Source: Methanobacteriota archaeon (GTDB taxonomy: Archaea > Thermoplasmatota > Poseidoniia > Poseidoniales > Poseidoniaceae). From it: a stretch of DNA of 55,667 bases. The stretch's first letter is position 1, and the number at the start of each line of letters is the position of its first letter. A program made the position numbers and the translations under genes. The DNA lies in NCBI GenBank assembly GCA_018650165.1, contig JABIGM010000064.1, positions 1 through 55,667 on the forward strand. The letters are read 5' to 3'. Below are positions 39,418 through 50,023 of this stretch, in pieces. The notes below the pieces were generated by a model that was given only the letters and a program-made list of their open reading frames with translations, was not told the DNA's origin and did no database searches.

Positions 39418-39451
39418 TCTAATTCCTCAATTGCAAAATTTAAAAGTTCAA

Positions 39452-41062
39452 TTACATTCTAAATACGCCAAACCGGTCATCTGGCAATTTAGCATTTTGA
39501 CTTGCAGCAATACACAATCCAAGTATATCTCTAGTATCCCTCGGGTCAATGATTCCATCATCCCAAATACGGGCTGTTGAATAATATGGACTGCCTTCGG
39601 TTTCGTATTTTTCAAGAATTGGAGCACGGAATGATTCCAATTCCTCTCCGGCCATCGGCTCCTTTCCTTCCCTTGCCCTCTGGTCTTGCTTGACGGTTGT
39701 TAGAACATCGGCTGCTTGAGGCCCACCCATCACCGATATACGACTATTAGGCCACATGAATAGGAATCTGGGATCATATGCTCTCCCACACATTCCATAA
39801 TTTCCAGCTCCGTGAGAGCCTCCTATGATTACTGTGAACTTTGGAACATTAACACAAGAAACCGCTGTGACTAGTTTTGCACCATCCTTTGCAATACCGC
39901 CTGCCTCGTAGGCCTTACCTACCATGAATCCAGTAATGTTCTGCAAGAATATTAGTGGTATTCCTCTTTGGCCGCACAGTTCAACAAAGTGAGCACCTTT
40001 GAGAGATGATTCTGAAAACAAAATACCATTGTTGGCCACGATACCTACTTTGTATCCATGGATATGTGCGAACCCACATACCAGAGTTTTCCCGTAGCGA
40101 GATTTGAATTCATGGAAACGACTTCCGTCTACGATTCTCCCAATTATCTCTTTGATATCTACCGGGGTGCGGTTATCTGCTGGGATGAGTCCAAGTAAAT
40201 CCTCGACATCATGGAATGGCTCTTCCGACTCCCCTCTTTCTAGTGGTGCTAATTCTCGCGAACCTAAATTCTCTACAACATTGCGAACCATTCTCAATGC
40301 TTCTGCCTCATCTTCAGCGAAATGATCTGCCACACCGCTTTGAGTAGTATGGACATCAGCCCCACCTAATTCCTCAGCAGTAACCTCCTCCCCAGTAGCC
40401 GCCTTTACCAGCGGCGGCCCTGCTAGGAAAATTGTACCATTTCCTTTGACGATAATCGACTCATCGCTCATAGCAGGAACGTAGGCACCCCCAGCAGTAC
40501 AACTCCCCAATACTGCTGCGACTTGTGGAATCCCATCCCCCGACATCCTAGCCTGGTTGCGGAAGATTCTACCAAAGTGCCCAATATCAGGGAATACCTC
40601 GTCTTGCATGGGAAGGAAAGCCCCTCCTGAATCAACAAGATATATGCACGGAAGATTATTTTCATGCGCAACTGTTTGAGCACGAATGTGTTTCTTCACC
40701 GTCATCGGATAATATGAACCACCCTTAACAGTAGCATCATTGGCTACGAAAAGGCATTCTCGTCCATGAACTAGGCCAACTCCAGTAACCAAGCCAGCGC
40801 TATTAGCCCGGCCATCATATAATTCGAATGCTGCAAGTGGTGAAAGTTCTAGGAAGGCTGTGCCAGGATCTATGATTTTATCAATCCGTTCACGGGCCAA
40901 TAATTTACCGCGGCTTCGATGTCTGTCGACGTATTTTTCACCGCCACCTTTGCTGACTAAATCCAGTCGTTCACGCAGTATTTCAATCAATTCTTGATTG
41001 TGAATACGATGCTTTTGAAAATCGGAATCGGAACGGTTGACACGTGTCGCTAGTCTATCCAT
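39452..41062 (-). CDS. liuB: Methylcrotonyl-CoA carboxylase carboxyltransferase (beta) subunit
   Basis: [69 protein letters not shown]. Confidence 0.85.
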   Translation of the reverse strand: MDRLATRVNRSDSDFQKHRIHNQELIEILRERLDLVSKGGGEKYVDRHRSRGKLLARERIDKIIDPGTAFLELSPLAAFELYDGRANSAGLVTGVGLVHGRECLFVANDATVKGGSYYPMTVKKHIRAQTVAHENNLPCIYLVDSGGAFLPMQDEVFPDIGHFGRIFRNQARMSGDGIPQVAAVLGSCTAGGAYVPAMSDESIIVKGNGTIFLAGPPLVKAATGEEVTAEELGGADVHTTQSGVADHFAEDEAEALRMVRNVVENLGSRELAPLERGESEEPFHDVEDLLGLIPADNRTPVDIKEIIGRIVDGSRFHEFKSRYGKTLVCGFAHIHGYKVGIVANNGILFSESSLKGAHFVELCGQRGIPLIFLQNITGFMVGKAYEAGGIAKDGAKLVTAVSCVNVPKFTVIIGGSHGAGNYGMCGRAYDPRFLFMWPNSRISVMGGPQAADVLTTVKQDQRAREGKEPMAGEELESFRAPILEKYETEGSPYYSTARIWDDGIIDPRDTRDILGLCIAASQNAKLPDDRFGVFRM

Positions 41063-41112
41063 GTCTGCCCCTCCGACTTGAGCGAAGGTAGAGTTCGACT
41101 TGAATCAACCGC

Positions 41113-42390
41113 TTATACACCCAATACTAAGCGCCCTATATCACGTAATCCGGGAGCCATTCCCACAATCATCACAGCGAGAACAATTAGGACACGCAGG
41201 TGCTGCTGTCGCCTTTCAATACGCATCTGAGAGAACATCCAGATAATGAGGCCAACCAATGCAGCTTTAACCAAAAAGAAAAGCCAGGCCCCTTCGCCAA
41301 GAATATTCAGGTCATTACCAACTTGTATTACAGCATCCGAAACTGGGTGCTTTTCAGAATAGTGAAACCAGTCTATTCCCACCATTGTTGCAAGGCCATC
41401 ACAAAGTTGACCAAAGAGCATACCAGCAACCATAGGAGTTGCCAGAATCCCTCTTTGCGATAACATTTCAACCGGATGGCTCGACCTATCTTCACTTTCC
41501 CATTCATCCAATGTCAATCCATCTGGAATCAAACCCACTTCATTACCTGTTAATCGTAATTGGGCAAGGTCCTCTTCGCCACGACGCCAAACAGCCCATG
41601 TAATTAACAATGGAATTGCAACGACTACAAGAAGTGGCCAAACCGCTTCATTGTCCTTAGGTAGCATCCCACTATCTTGGTGCCATGGAGTTGCAAATAA
41701 TTGAGCCCAATGCCCAAGCCCCATAGTGATCAAGCCAATTGCAAAGGCAAGCATTGAGCGAGGAATGGGCTCCCATGCCCATGTATTATGAATTACTGCT
41801 GCTATCATCACTGCTCCAGCGATTGCACCACTTAATATCCAGAAATGGCCGGTATCGTGGATATGAACATTAGGTAATACAAGCATCCCAGTGAATGCAA
41901 TGTATGCAACTAATAGCATCGCTAACAATGAAAGATGGTTCTTTTTTGCAATATGCCCAATGAATCCTGCAATCACGAGCCAGACTGCAAGATGGATATG
42001 AATCAGAGGTGAAATGAATAATACATCTACTCCTTCTTTGAAGTAATCTGCATCTTCCATCACTCTAAGCACTGGTGCCAATATAACCCAAGAAATCAAG
42101 GCCCAGACCATTCGGTCTCCAACTGGAAGTCTCCACCTTCTAAAGAGTGCCTGAAGGACAATTACAGCAGCAACCAGCGTTAGGATGTAGACTATCGTAT
42201 TGGTTTGGGAATAACCAGCATCTCCACTAACTCCAGCATCTTTTACAATTGGATCCCAGATGTAAATCTTGAAGAAATCATCCCAGAACATTTCTGGAGC
42301 AAAAATTAGCCCACCGACAATTATGATACCGATTAGGCCAAAAATGGAGAGTAAAATTTGCTCTCCTTTAGAGAACTCCATATCTTCCAT
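41113..42390 (-). CDS. DUF63 family archaeal membrane protein
   Basis: GYSQTNTIVY, LRVMEDA, LFISPLI, QLCDGLATMVGID-YSEKHP, LAVMIVGMAPGLRD. Confidence 0.75.
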   Translation of the reverse strand: MEDMEFSKGEQILLSIFGLIGIIIVGGLIFAPEMFWDDFFKIYIWDPIVKDAGVSGDAGYSQTNTIVYILTLVAAVIVLQALFRRWRLPVGDRMVWALISWVILAPVLRVMEDADYFKEGVDVLFISPLIHIHLAVWLVIAGFIGHIAKKNHLSLLAMLLVAYIAFTGMLVLPNVHIHDTGHFWILSGAIAGAVMIAAVIHNTWAWEPIPRSMLAFAIGLITMGLGHWAQLFATPWHQDSGMLPKDNEAVWPLLVVVAIPLLITWAVWRRGEEDLAQLRLTGNEVGLIPDGLTLDEWESEDRSSHPVEMLSQRGILATPMVAGMLFGQLCDGLATMVGIDWFHYSEKHPVSDAVIQVGNDLNILGEGAWLFFLVKAALVGLIIWMFSQMRIERRQQHLRVLIVLAVMIVGMAPGLRDIGRLVLGV

Positions 42391-42437
42391 GGTTCAACCT
42401 CACTCTGCCTCAGGTGATGAGGGTTGCCCGTGTTGGC

Positions 42438-43187
42438 TCACTCTTCTTCGAGTTCGTGCCCACAATTCTCATCATGGACATGCTCTTCTTCCTCTTCTTC
42501 ATCTGCAGCAACACGAGGCTCGTGAACTTCGACAAAGGAGACTTTACCAGCGCCAACTGCGTCTCTAAGAACAGTAACTAATCGGAACTTCTGCATTGCA
42601 GCGTTTGTATCGAATAGCATTGTTTGAGGAACTATGACTGAAATATCTTCGCCTTCGAAAGAGACTTCGAATCCTTCATGTCCTGTGTTTGACTGAAGTA
42701 GTGCTGCGACCTTCTCTTCCTTGTCTTCAATGACCTTAACAATCTTGTAATCATATTTCAGAGCACGACCGGCCATAGGATGGTTGTAATCGATACGTGC
42801 ACGACCTGCTGCTAAGTATGACAGAGTTCCTTGACGACCTTCGATTGAAACGGGTCCACCAATGTATAGGGATTTAGGGTCACGAACATGGCGAAGAAGC
42901 TTGTCGATTGAGATTGTCTCAATTTGCTCCGGATCTTTTTCTCCGTAAGCATCCACTGCGGCAATTTCCAAAGAGATATCCTTGTTTGCCTTTGCAGATA
43001 GAAGGCTTTCTTCAAATCCTGAAATTAGATTTCCAGAGCCTACAACGCAAACCAAAGGCGTGTAATTACGCCCTTCTTGGTGCATGTCATGCTCCTTAGC
43101 AACATCTTCTCTTGTAGTTTCAATTAAATCGCCTGATTCTACGTTGTATAAATCGTATTCAACGTGGACAATGGTTCCTTCTTCCAT
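42438..43187 (-). CDS. Long-type archaeal FKBP peptidyl-prolyl isomerase (SlyD-like)
   Basis: VEYDL, VGSGNLISGFEESL, AYGEKD, IDYNHPMAGRALKY; acidic His/Cys tail. Confidence 0.9.
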   Translation of the reverse strand: MEEGTIVHVEYDLYNVESGDLIETTREDVAKEHDMHQEGRNYTPLVCVVGSGNLISGFEESLLSAKANKDISLEIAAVDAYGEKDPEQIETISIDKLLRHVRDPKSLYIGGPVSIEGRQGTLSYLAAGRARIDYNHPMAGRALKYDYKIVKVIEDKEEKVAALLQSNTGHEGFEVSFEGEDISVIVPQTMLFDTNAAMQKFRLVTVLRDAVGAGKVSFVEVHEPRVAADEEEEEEHVHDENCGHELEEE

Positions 43188-43202
43188 GGTATCTCACCTA
43201 TC

Positions 43203-43217
43203 GCCCCCAACGGGGGC
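43203..43217. repeat. GC-rich triloop hairpin GCCCCC-AAC-GGGGGC (family copy 3; GTT loop on minus strand)
   Basis: Perfect 6-bp inverted repeat just upstream of the AGGTGA SD of the FKBP gene. Confidence 0.7.
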
Positions 43218-43242
43218 ATTCCGGCGACCGACCGTCCCTATT

Positions 43243-45540
43243 TCAATCAGTTGGGTGGCGGCGGTGTGCCCAAATTGCCAGACTTGCCAGTAACATGAGG
43301 CTCCATCCGCCCCATACCAAGTGTATTCCGGGGAGGTCGTAAACCATTATTCGAACTAAATCACTACCTTCCATTAAGGAGCGGGCTTGAGTGCCGTCCA
43401 TGATCAAAACGATGTCGCCATGCCAAGTTGTGACCCGGTCCACTTCAGAACGTGCCCGCGAATCAAAACGTATGACTCCGGGTTCAACAGTATCGATTAG
43501 TTCTCCATCTTCATAGACATTGATTACAGCCCCGAGGTATCCATCACCGACCTCTAGACCCTCTGTTTCTGTAACTACATCAACGAATTCAAATTCATAT
43601 CCGCCCCATTCAACTTTTTCATCTTTAATCAAAGTCACACTGTGCTCATAAGTCCCCCTGTCGATAATAGTGGTGCTCATAATGTGTCCAATCACAAGTA
43701 GAACTAATCCTAAATGGATAAAGTGAGCGAAGAATGGAATCTTTTTCTTCTCTGAGTTTTCTCTCATTAGCGAAAATGTTGCTGGCACAGCCATCAATGC
43801 CGGTAACAATACTACCATACCGATTTGCCCTCGACTTAGAGATGCTCCGAGTATATCGGTCGAATCATATCCAAGTGAGTTGCCAAATAACCAAGCAATT
43901 ACGAAAATCAATGGTAATGATACAAGGAAAGCAAACACTCGTTTTGGTTTATCCCTGATACTCCACATAACAAATGCAATCATCACCGCTGCAATAAACG
44001 GGGCCCCGTACAACTCATGGGCTGCGAATTGAATTGAGTCAATACTTGAGATTAATATCACCAATGTCAAAATAAGGTACAAACCCACTGCAACAACTGG
44101 CGTCCAAAGCGCTATTCTTTGCTGAAACTTTCTTTCCTGGAATGAAAACTTAGCCTCATCACCATCGGGGGCAAGGAACCACGGTGTGATGAATGCTACC
44201 ATTCCAATTCCACAAATCCAGATATCCAACATGCCTGACCAAGCGGCTCCAAGGAAAAGAACAATTCCAGCACTAGCCCAACCCCAAGCTTTCAGACGCT
44301 CCTTTTCGAAAATTAGCCCAAACGCGAATAATAGTGAAAGTAATTCGAACAGCACCATGCCATGTATGAACCTCAAAACTACCATCACAGCAGGAATTGC
44401 AAACCATTTCCAATCATGACCGGTAGAAAGAGACTTGATGCCAGATTCAATGAATGGACCAAGGCCTAATAATACTACGAAAGTGGGCGGGAAGCCATCG
44501 AGTACATCTCCACCGCCCATCACTCCAACCGCCGCTGTAACAGGCAATAATGCAAGCCACCAGATTGAGAAACTTGTGCCTAACCGAGATGCCAAGAAGA
44601 TACCCATCAACTGAATTATCCCTAGCAAATAAACTACCACTTCAATACCACTAATGTCTGAAAGTAAAACCATTATTCTACCAAAAACATCGCTTGGTGG
44701 TGAACCCGATGAATCGACTACGAATGTGTGAACACTTACCGCCCAAACTCCTCCAGCCCTAGTTACCATTGTTGCAAATAGGGCCAATGCTGCAGATGCC
44801 ATTGCAATGCCTGCCCAAATATGGTCTGGGGTTTTGCCCGGCCTAGTTCTTAGATGAAGTAATACGACAAGACAAATCCAAGGAAGAAGTGAACCTGTTT
44901 CTACTGGGTCCCATGCCCAATAGCCACCCCAATCAAGAATTAAGTAAGCCCATAATCCACCTAACCCAATACCCAATGTTGCAAAGAAGAAAGATGGCCT
45001 TGCTACATGGATTAACCGTTCTTTTATTCCATCTGAGTTTGTAAGTATCGAAGAAATTGCAATGAATGCGAGAGTGAGACAAAGTGAGTAAGCCAAGAAG
45101 ATAAGGGGTGGATGAATTACCATCAGATCAGTTTGCAGAAGTTCGTTGAGTCCAGGCCCTGAACCTTCAGCTGGTTTGAATGGCCGTAGAATCCATGCCA
45201 CCAAAAGTAGTGTGAGTGCAAACCCATTCATCAATCGCAAACGCAACAAATGAGTTTCTTTGTTCTCTCCAGAGAGAGGTTTGCGCCAGATTATAGAAAG
45301 CAAAGCCATCCATGCTGCCCAAAGAAGAATTGGCCCTTCTCTCGCAGCCCATGTTGCTGCAAAACGATAGCGAATTGGTAACTCTTCTCCACCATACCAT
45401 GCAACCAAATGTATTGAATCAAAATTCAAGGTAAACATCGCTGCAAGTACAAAGAAAGGGATTGCGATAATCCAAGTTACCCTTGCATCAGGACGGTATG
45501 TTACCCATGCTGCAATGAATACAGCCAGTGGCATTAGCAT
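43243..45540 (-). CDS. ccmF: Cytochrome c maturation heme lyase CcmF/NrfE family
   Basis: WAAREG, HPPLIFLAY, WWD-type WGGYWAWDPVETGSLLPW, VSVHTF. Start uncertain (45540 or 45588). Confidence 0.88.
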   Translation of the reverse strand: MLMPLAVFIAAWVTYRPDARVTWIIAIPFFVLAAMFTLNFDSIHLVAWYGGEELPIRYRFAATWAAREGPILLWAAWMALLSIIWRKPLSGENKETHLLRLRLMNGFALTLLLVAWILRPFKPAEGSGPGLNELLQTDLMVIHPPLIFLAYSLCLTLAFIAISSILTNSDGIKERLIHVARPSFFFATLGIGLGGLWAYLILDWGGYWAWDPVETGSLLPWICLVVLLHLRTRPGKTPDHIWAGIAMASAALALFATMVTRAGGVWAVSVHTFVVDSSGSPPSDVFGRIMVLLSDISGIEVVVYLLGIIQLMGIFLASRLGTSFSIWWLALLPVTAAVGVMGGGDVLDGFPPTFVVLLGLGPFIESGIKSLSTGHDWKWFAIPAVMVVLRFIHGMVLFELLSLLFAFGLIFEKERLKAWGWASAGIVLFLGAAWSGMLDIWICGIGMVAFITPWFLAPDGDEAKFSFQERKFQQRIALWTPVVAVGLYLILTLVILISSIDSIQFAAHELYGAPFIAAVMIAFVMWSIRDKPKRVFAFLVSLPLIFVIAWLFGNSLGYDSTDILGASLSRGQIGMVVLLPALMAVPATFSLMRENSEKKKIPFFAHFIHLGLVLLVIGHIMSTTIIDRGTYEHSVTLIKDEKVEWGGYEFEFVDVVTETEGLEVGDGYLGAVINVYEDGELIDTVEPGVIRFDSRARSEVDRVTTWHGDIVLIMDGTQARSLMEGSDLVRIMVYDLPGIHLVWGGWSLMLLASLAIWAHRRHPTD

Positions 45541-45553
45541 TGCTTCCACAATT

Positions 45554-46780
45554 TCACCATCCGAAATATTTGGCTCTAGAATAACCAAATGAAAGAAGTA
45601 CGCTAATTACACCTTTCGTGAACAGAAGTGGATGACGAACTAAGATTTTTGTTCCTATCCAAATTTTATCTAGAGCAGACATTGAACCCAATTCTTCGGG
45701 AAGGCAATGTGCCATATTGGATAATTCTTGGTCCGATAGTTCGTATAGCGAGGTCTTACCCTTCAAAATTTTATTATATGGCGGAAACTTCTTTTTCCAG
45801 GCCTTAGAATAAGATTGAAGTCTTGAATCAGAAAGATCTCCTTGAGAAATTGCTGATGATATCGTCTTGGCTGCTTCACGACCTGACCACAAAGCGAGGT
45901 GAGAACCACCTTCGAATAGAGGAGAGGTGAATCCTGCAGCATCGCCCACCAAAATCAAACCGTCACCAGTTGTAATTTCTCGCGGCCCCGAAATTGGTAT
46001 TGTACCGCCAAATGGTCTTGGTTTAGAGCCTGACTTTCTCCATTCAGGGTTTTGAATTAACTTTCCTTTGAAAGGGGTATCCTCGACAAATTTGTCAAGG
46101 TATTTGATGGCCCCTTTTTTATCGGTAGTTACCAAACCAACATTTGCTCTGCCACCTTTCTTAGGAATCATCCATACATATCCATGTGGAGAATATTTTG
46201 GCCATAAATAAAAGTCGAGATAACCATCATTTTCAACTTCTGTCATCTCATACTGGAATCCTGCAATCACTTCTACTTCAGTGCCCATATCAAGTAATTT
46301 TGAGGCCGCTCCGCTTACACCTGAAGCGTCAATTACTGCTTTACATTCAATTGGAAATTCATTTCCACGACCGTCTATTTTCCAATTGGAAAATTTATTT
46401 TCGCTATTGTAAATTCTTTCCATAGAAGTTACGCGGTGTGAAAGGTGTAAACTAGCCCCTTCTTTGACCGCTTCACCACACAACCATTGCTCGAAGAGAT
46501 GTTTCTCCAGAACATATCCTTTCTCTGTCAGGAGCTTTTTTGTATCGTCGGGGAATATGACCCTGATACCTTCACATCTAAGCGCAATAACTTCTTCGGG
46601 AAGTTCGAGATCTAGATTGTCGATTGCTAACTGTGAAAGGCATTCACCACAATGAACTGGGACGCCGACTTCAGGGTCAGCTTCGACTATCATAGTGCTG
46701 AGGCCAAGACGAGCGGAATGGAGAGCAGAAGAACCGCCCCCCGGACCGGCCCCGATAATCAGCACATCGCAACTCGCCAT
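45554..46780 (-). CDS. Geranylgeranyl reductase family FAD oxidoreductase
   Basis: GAGPGGG, VHCGECLS, YVLEKHLFEQWL, YVWMIPK, LVGDAAG, SPLFEGG. Confidence 0.88.
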   Translation of the reverse strand: MASCDVLIIGAGPGGGSSALHSARLGLSTMIVEADPEVGVPVHCGECLSQLAIDNLDLELPEEVIALRCEGIRVIFPDDTKKLLTEKGYVLEKHLFEQWLCGEAVKEGASLHLSHRVTSMERIYNSENKFSNWKIDGRGNEFPIECKAVIDASGVSGAASKLLDMGTEVEVIAGFQYEMTEVENDGYLDFYLWPKYSPHGYVWMIPKKGGRANVGLVTTDKKGAIKYLDKFVEDTPFKGKLIQNPEWRKSGSKPRPFGGTIPISGPREITTGDGLILVGDAAGFTSPLFEGGSHLALWSGREAAKTISSAISQGDLSDSRLQSYSKAWKKKFPPYNKILKGKTSLYELSDQELSNMAHCLPEELGSMSALDKIWIGTKILVRHPLLFTKGVISVLLSFGYSRAKYFGW

Positions 46781-46799
46781 GCCTCCCCGTAGGGGAGGC
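46781..46799. repeat. GC-rich triloop hairpin GCCTCCCC-GTA-GGGGAGGC (family copy 4)
   Basis: Perfect 8-bp inverted repeat directly abutting the GGR start codon, in the GGR/ubiD divergent gap. Confidence 0.75.
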
Positions 46800-46858
46800 G
46801 GGACTTCAATGAGTCGGCACAGAACAAGTATTGATGAAGAGTGCCCCCTAGCAGCACC

Positions 46859-48784
46859 ATGGCCTGGCGTAATATGACTCGTTGGCTAGCCCATCTGGAA
46901 AAGGAAGGAGAGTTACTGCGAATCACTGAACCGGTCGATGTCGAATTAGAAGCGGGCGCAATTGCAGACCGTTTAGTCAAGAGTGGCGGCTCTGCCGTTT
47001 TATTCGAGAAGCCGCGCCTTCCAAATGGAGAAATCAGTGAGATCCCACTTGCGATGAACTTGTTTGGAAGCCACGATAGAACCCTTAGAGCACTTGGAGC
47101 AGCGCATGACACTGAAATCGGCGACAGATTGGTTGCCTTGATGAAACCAGATATTGGACAAATATTGCGCAAACCCTGGACTGGTTTGCCATTACTACGT
47201 GACGCCATGTCAATGCCACCAAAAAAAGTCAGAAAGGGTTCATGTCAACGCATACGAATGGATACCGATGTAACTCAGTTGCCAATACCAAAGACGTGGC
47301 CAATGGATGGTGGCAGATACATTACATTACCATTAGTAGTAACCAAAGACCCATCTTCTGGGGAGCACAATCTTGGAATGTATCGTAGCCAAATATTTGG
47401 ACCAAAGGAAGTAGGGCTACATTGGCAAATTCACAAGCATGGAGCAGACCATGCCGATGCATGGCCCGATGGGAAAATGCCGATTGCGATTTGTATAGGT
47501 GGGCCTCCTGAATTGATTTTTTCAGCAATATCCCCTCTTCCGGATAACCTCGAGGAATACATGTTTGCAGGATTCCTAGCTAAGCGTCGCTTGAGAATAA
47601 CCAAAGCTTTGACTCAAAATTTGATGGTTCCCGCCGATGCAGATATCGTGATTGAAGGATGGGTCGATGCATCAAAGACTAGAACCGAAGGTCCGTTTGG
47701 CGACCATTTCGGTTTCTACTCATTGACTGGACAATACCCTGTGCTTAATGTCACCGCGATTACACGAAGGAAAAATGCAGTACTCCCCGCCACAATAGTT
47801 GGACAACCACCGATGGAAGATGGCTACCTTGGAGAAGCAATCGGGAAGCAATTCCGCCCAATCCTTTCTTTCCAACATAGAGATGTTCTTGATTTGCACC
47901 TACCTCTTGAAACTGGTTTCCATAACCTTGCAATTGTGAAGAGCAAACAGAGGTACCCACGCCAAGCACGAAAAACATGTCTTGGGTTGTTAGGAGCCGG
48001 GCAGATGATGTTCTTGAAAATCCTAGTTGCAACCGATGAAGACCCTAGCGACCTTGATGCGCTATTGGATGTCCTAAACGATCGGGTTGACCCAAATTCT
48101 GATTTGACAATTTTAGATGGGATGGTAAGTGATTCTTTGGAACCGGCTTCAACCTATGAGAATGTACATTCGAAATTAATAATCGATGCTACTACAATTA
48201 TTCCATCCGACCCAAGAAGTGGAAATCCCGTCGAAGGCTCTCCTATCGAAGAGTGCCCTCCTTGGAGAAGGGGTGAAGAAGAGGCGCCAGGAATTAACGA
48301 TTCACTACTAGACGAGATTTCAAAATTGGAATTAATTGAAGATTGCCTCCTCCTTAGAAATTCAATGCTCGTGGTAACTGTTGATATTGAAGGGAGGCCA
48401 AATCTACGCACGGGATTACAATGGCCAAATGAAGAGGCTGCAGCCGCTCAACGTGATAAAATAAGTCAATTGCGAAATTTAATTTGGCAATTGGACTCTC
48501 AAAAACAACTTCGCTGGCTATTTGTCACTGATAACGACTTGGATTTACATGGCAAAGGTGCTAATCGACGACTCCTGTGGCAACTCACTTCTCGCTTCGC
48601 AGTTGAACGTGATTTTATCATAGAGGATGGCAGAATATTCTGGGACGCTACAACTCCGATACCTTCCAATGAAGGGCCATCCACAGTAAGGCGTTGGCCA
48701 GGAATTACGATGCACGACCCTGAAACCCTCGAATCAATTGAAAGGTTTGACTTGCCGCCGTGGCCTAACAATTTGGTGATGTAA
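46859..48784 (+). CDS. UbiD-family decarboxylase (menaquinone MqnL-like) with duplicated C-terminal domain
   Basis: VDVELEAGAI, HNLGMYR, EGPFGDHFGFY, GQPPMED; two IIDATT/FWDATT C-terminal units. Start ATG 46859. Confidence 0.88.
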   Translation: MAWRNMTRWLAHLEKEGELLRITEPVDVELEAGAIADRLVKSGGSAVLFEKPRLPNGEISEIPLAMNLFGSHDRTLRALGAAHDTEIGDRLVALMKPDIGQILRKPWTGLPLLRDAMSMPPKKVRKGSCQRIRMDTDVTQLPIPKTWPMDGGRYITLPLVVTKDPSSGEHNLGMYRSQIFGPKEVGLHWQIHKHGADHADAWPDGKMPIAICIGGPPELIFSAISPLPDNLEEYMFAGFLAKRRLRITKALTQNLMVPADADIVIEGWVDASKTRTEGPFGDHFGFYSLTGQYPVLNVTAITRRKNAVLPATIVGQPPMEDGYLGEAIGKQFRPILSFQHRDVLDLHLPLETGFHNLAIVKSKQRYPRQARKTCLGLLGAGQMMFLKILVATDEDPSDLDALLDVLNDRVDPNSDLTILDGMVSDSLEPASTYENVHSKLIIDATTIIPSDPRSGNPVEGSPIEECPPWRRGEEEAPGINDSLLDEISKLELIEDCLLLRNSMLVVTVDIEGRPNLRTGLQWPNEEAAAAQRDKISQLRNLIWQLDSQKQLRWLFVTDNDLDLHGKGANRRLLWQLTSRFAVERDFIIEDGRIFWDATTPIPSNEGPSTVRRWPGITMHDPETLESIERFDLPPWPNNLVM

Positions 48785-49590
48785 TGGACCTCAAACAAAT
48801 TGCATCTTTTGTTAAAATTGAGCATACATTATTCAGTTTACCATTTGTATTCATTGGAGCTTTTATGGCCGGCGACCCCACTATATTCCAATTACTTTGG
48901 ATATTGATTGCAGCTGTTGGAGCAAGAGGGTTAGCAATGGGATTGAATCGGATCATCGACCGTAATATCGATGCGGAAAATCCGCGTACAGCAGGCCGGC
49001 ATTTGGCAGCAGGAACTATGTCTCTGCAAACGGCTTGGATCCTGTGTTGTGTATTCTTACTCATGCTAATAGGAGGGGCTTGGATGCTCAATCCATTATG
49101 CCTCTATCTTTCCCCAATCCCAGTAATCGTATTCATCATCTATCCTTACCTGAAAAGGTACACTTGGCTTTGCCACTGGTGGCTAGGCGGATGCTTAGCG
49201 CTCGCACCAGCAGGTGCATGGGTAGCAATAACTGGAGAAATCTCTTCGAACTCTTGGTATCCAGATTTACTCTATGTCTCCATCGGAGTAGGATTGTGGA
49301 TTGCAGCATTTGATTTGGGATATGCACAAATGGATATTGAAAGCGATAAGAAAAATGGAGTAAAATCATTTCCTGCAAGGTTCCAACCCCCTGTTACAAT
49401 GACTGTTATGCTGCTCTCGATTCCATTGTGGGCATTTGCCTTTTCAGTAGTCTCTGTTGCCGGAACTGTAATTTCGCTGCTGTTTGTGATTACAGTACTC
49501 ACTGCCTCTGGTTCACAATTCCAAAAATGGTGGTTTAGAGCACATGTTTCCACTGGATGGATACTCTTGGCGGCAATGCAACTTTCATAG
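48784..49590 (+). CDS. UbiA-family prenyltransferase (MqnP-like)
   Basis: IEHTLFSLPF, NRIIDRNIDAENPRT, YPYLKRYT, AAFDLGYAQMD. Confidence 0.88.
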   Translation: MDLKQIASFVKIEHTLFSLPFVFIGAFMAGDPTIFQLLWILIAAVGARGLAMGLNRIIDRNIDAENPRTAGRHLAAGTMSLQTAWILCCVFLLMLIGGAWMLNPLCLYLSPIPVIVFIIYPYLKRYTWLCHWWLGGCLALAPAGAWVAITGEISSNSWYPDLLYVSIGVGLWIAAFDLGYAQMDIESDKKNGVKSFPARFQPPVTMTVMLLSIPLWAFAFSVVSVAGTVISLLFVITVLTASGSQFQKWWFRAHVSTGWILLAAMQLS

Positions 49591-49613
49591 AGCGGCGTGA
49601 GCCCCCGTGATGT

Positions 49614-49991
49614 ATGAATCCAATCGTCAAGTCCCTACTTGAATTTAATCAGGCATTCGAAATACCTCGACGTGATGACCCTGGCTTAGGCCCAGATGAA
49701 CTTATTGAATTACGAATTAAACTCCTAACTGAGGAAGTTCAAGAATATGCCGAAGCCGCAAGGGCTGGCGATTTAGTAGAAGTGCTAGATGCTCTGGCTG
49801 ACATTGGATATATTCTTGCAGGAACAATAATCAATCATGGAATGCAAGATATTTATGATGATGCATTTGATGAAGTACATCGCTCCAATATGGCCAAATT
49901 AGTGGATGGTAAGGTCATTCGCAGAGAAGACGGAAAGGTACTGAAACCTGAAGGTTGGCAGCCGCCACAACTTGCGCAATTCCTCCAGTGA
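49614..49991 (+). CDS. MazG-like NTP pyrophosphohydrolase (DR2231/PRA-PH-like)
   Basis: EEVQEY...DALADIGY, EVHRSNMAK, REDGKVLKPEGWQPP. Confidence 0.85.
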   Translation: MNPIVKSLLEFNQAFEIPRRDDPGLGPDELIELRIKLLTEEVQEYAEAARAGDLVEVLDALADIGYILAGTIINHGMQDIYDDAFDEVHRSNMAKLVDGKVIRREDGKVLKPEGWQPPQLAQFLQ

Positions 49992-50023
49992 TTTATTGAG
50001 CAAGTGCCTTCCTAAGACATGAT

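Noticed and set aside
43997-44009. Palindrome ACGGGG-G-CCCCGT
   Set aside because: Inside ccmF coding sequence (YGAPF), has no viable loop and has the opposite arm order to the hairpin family
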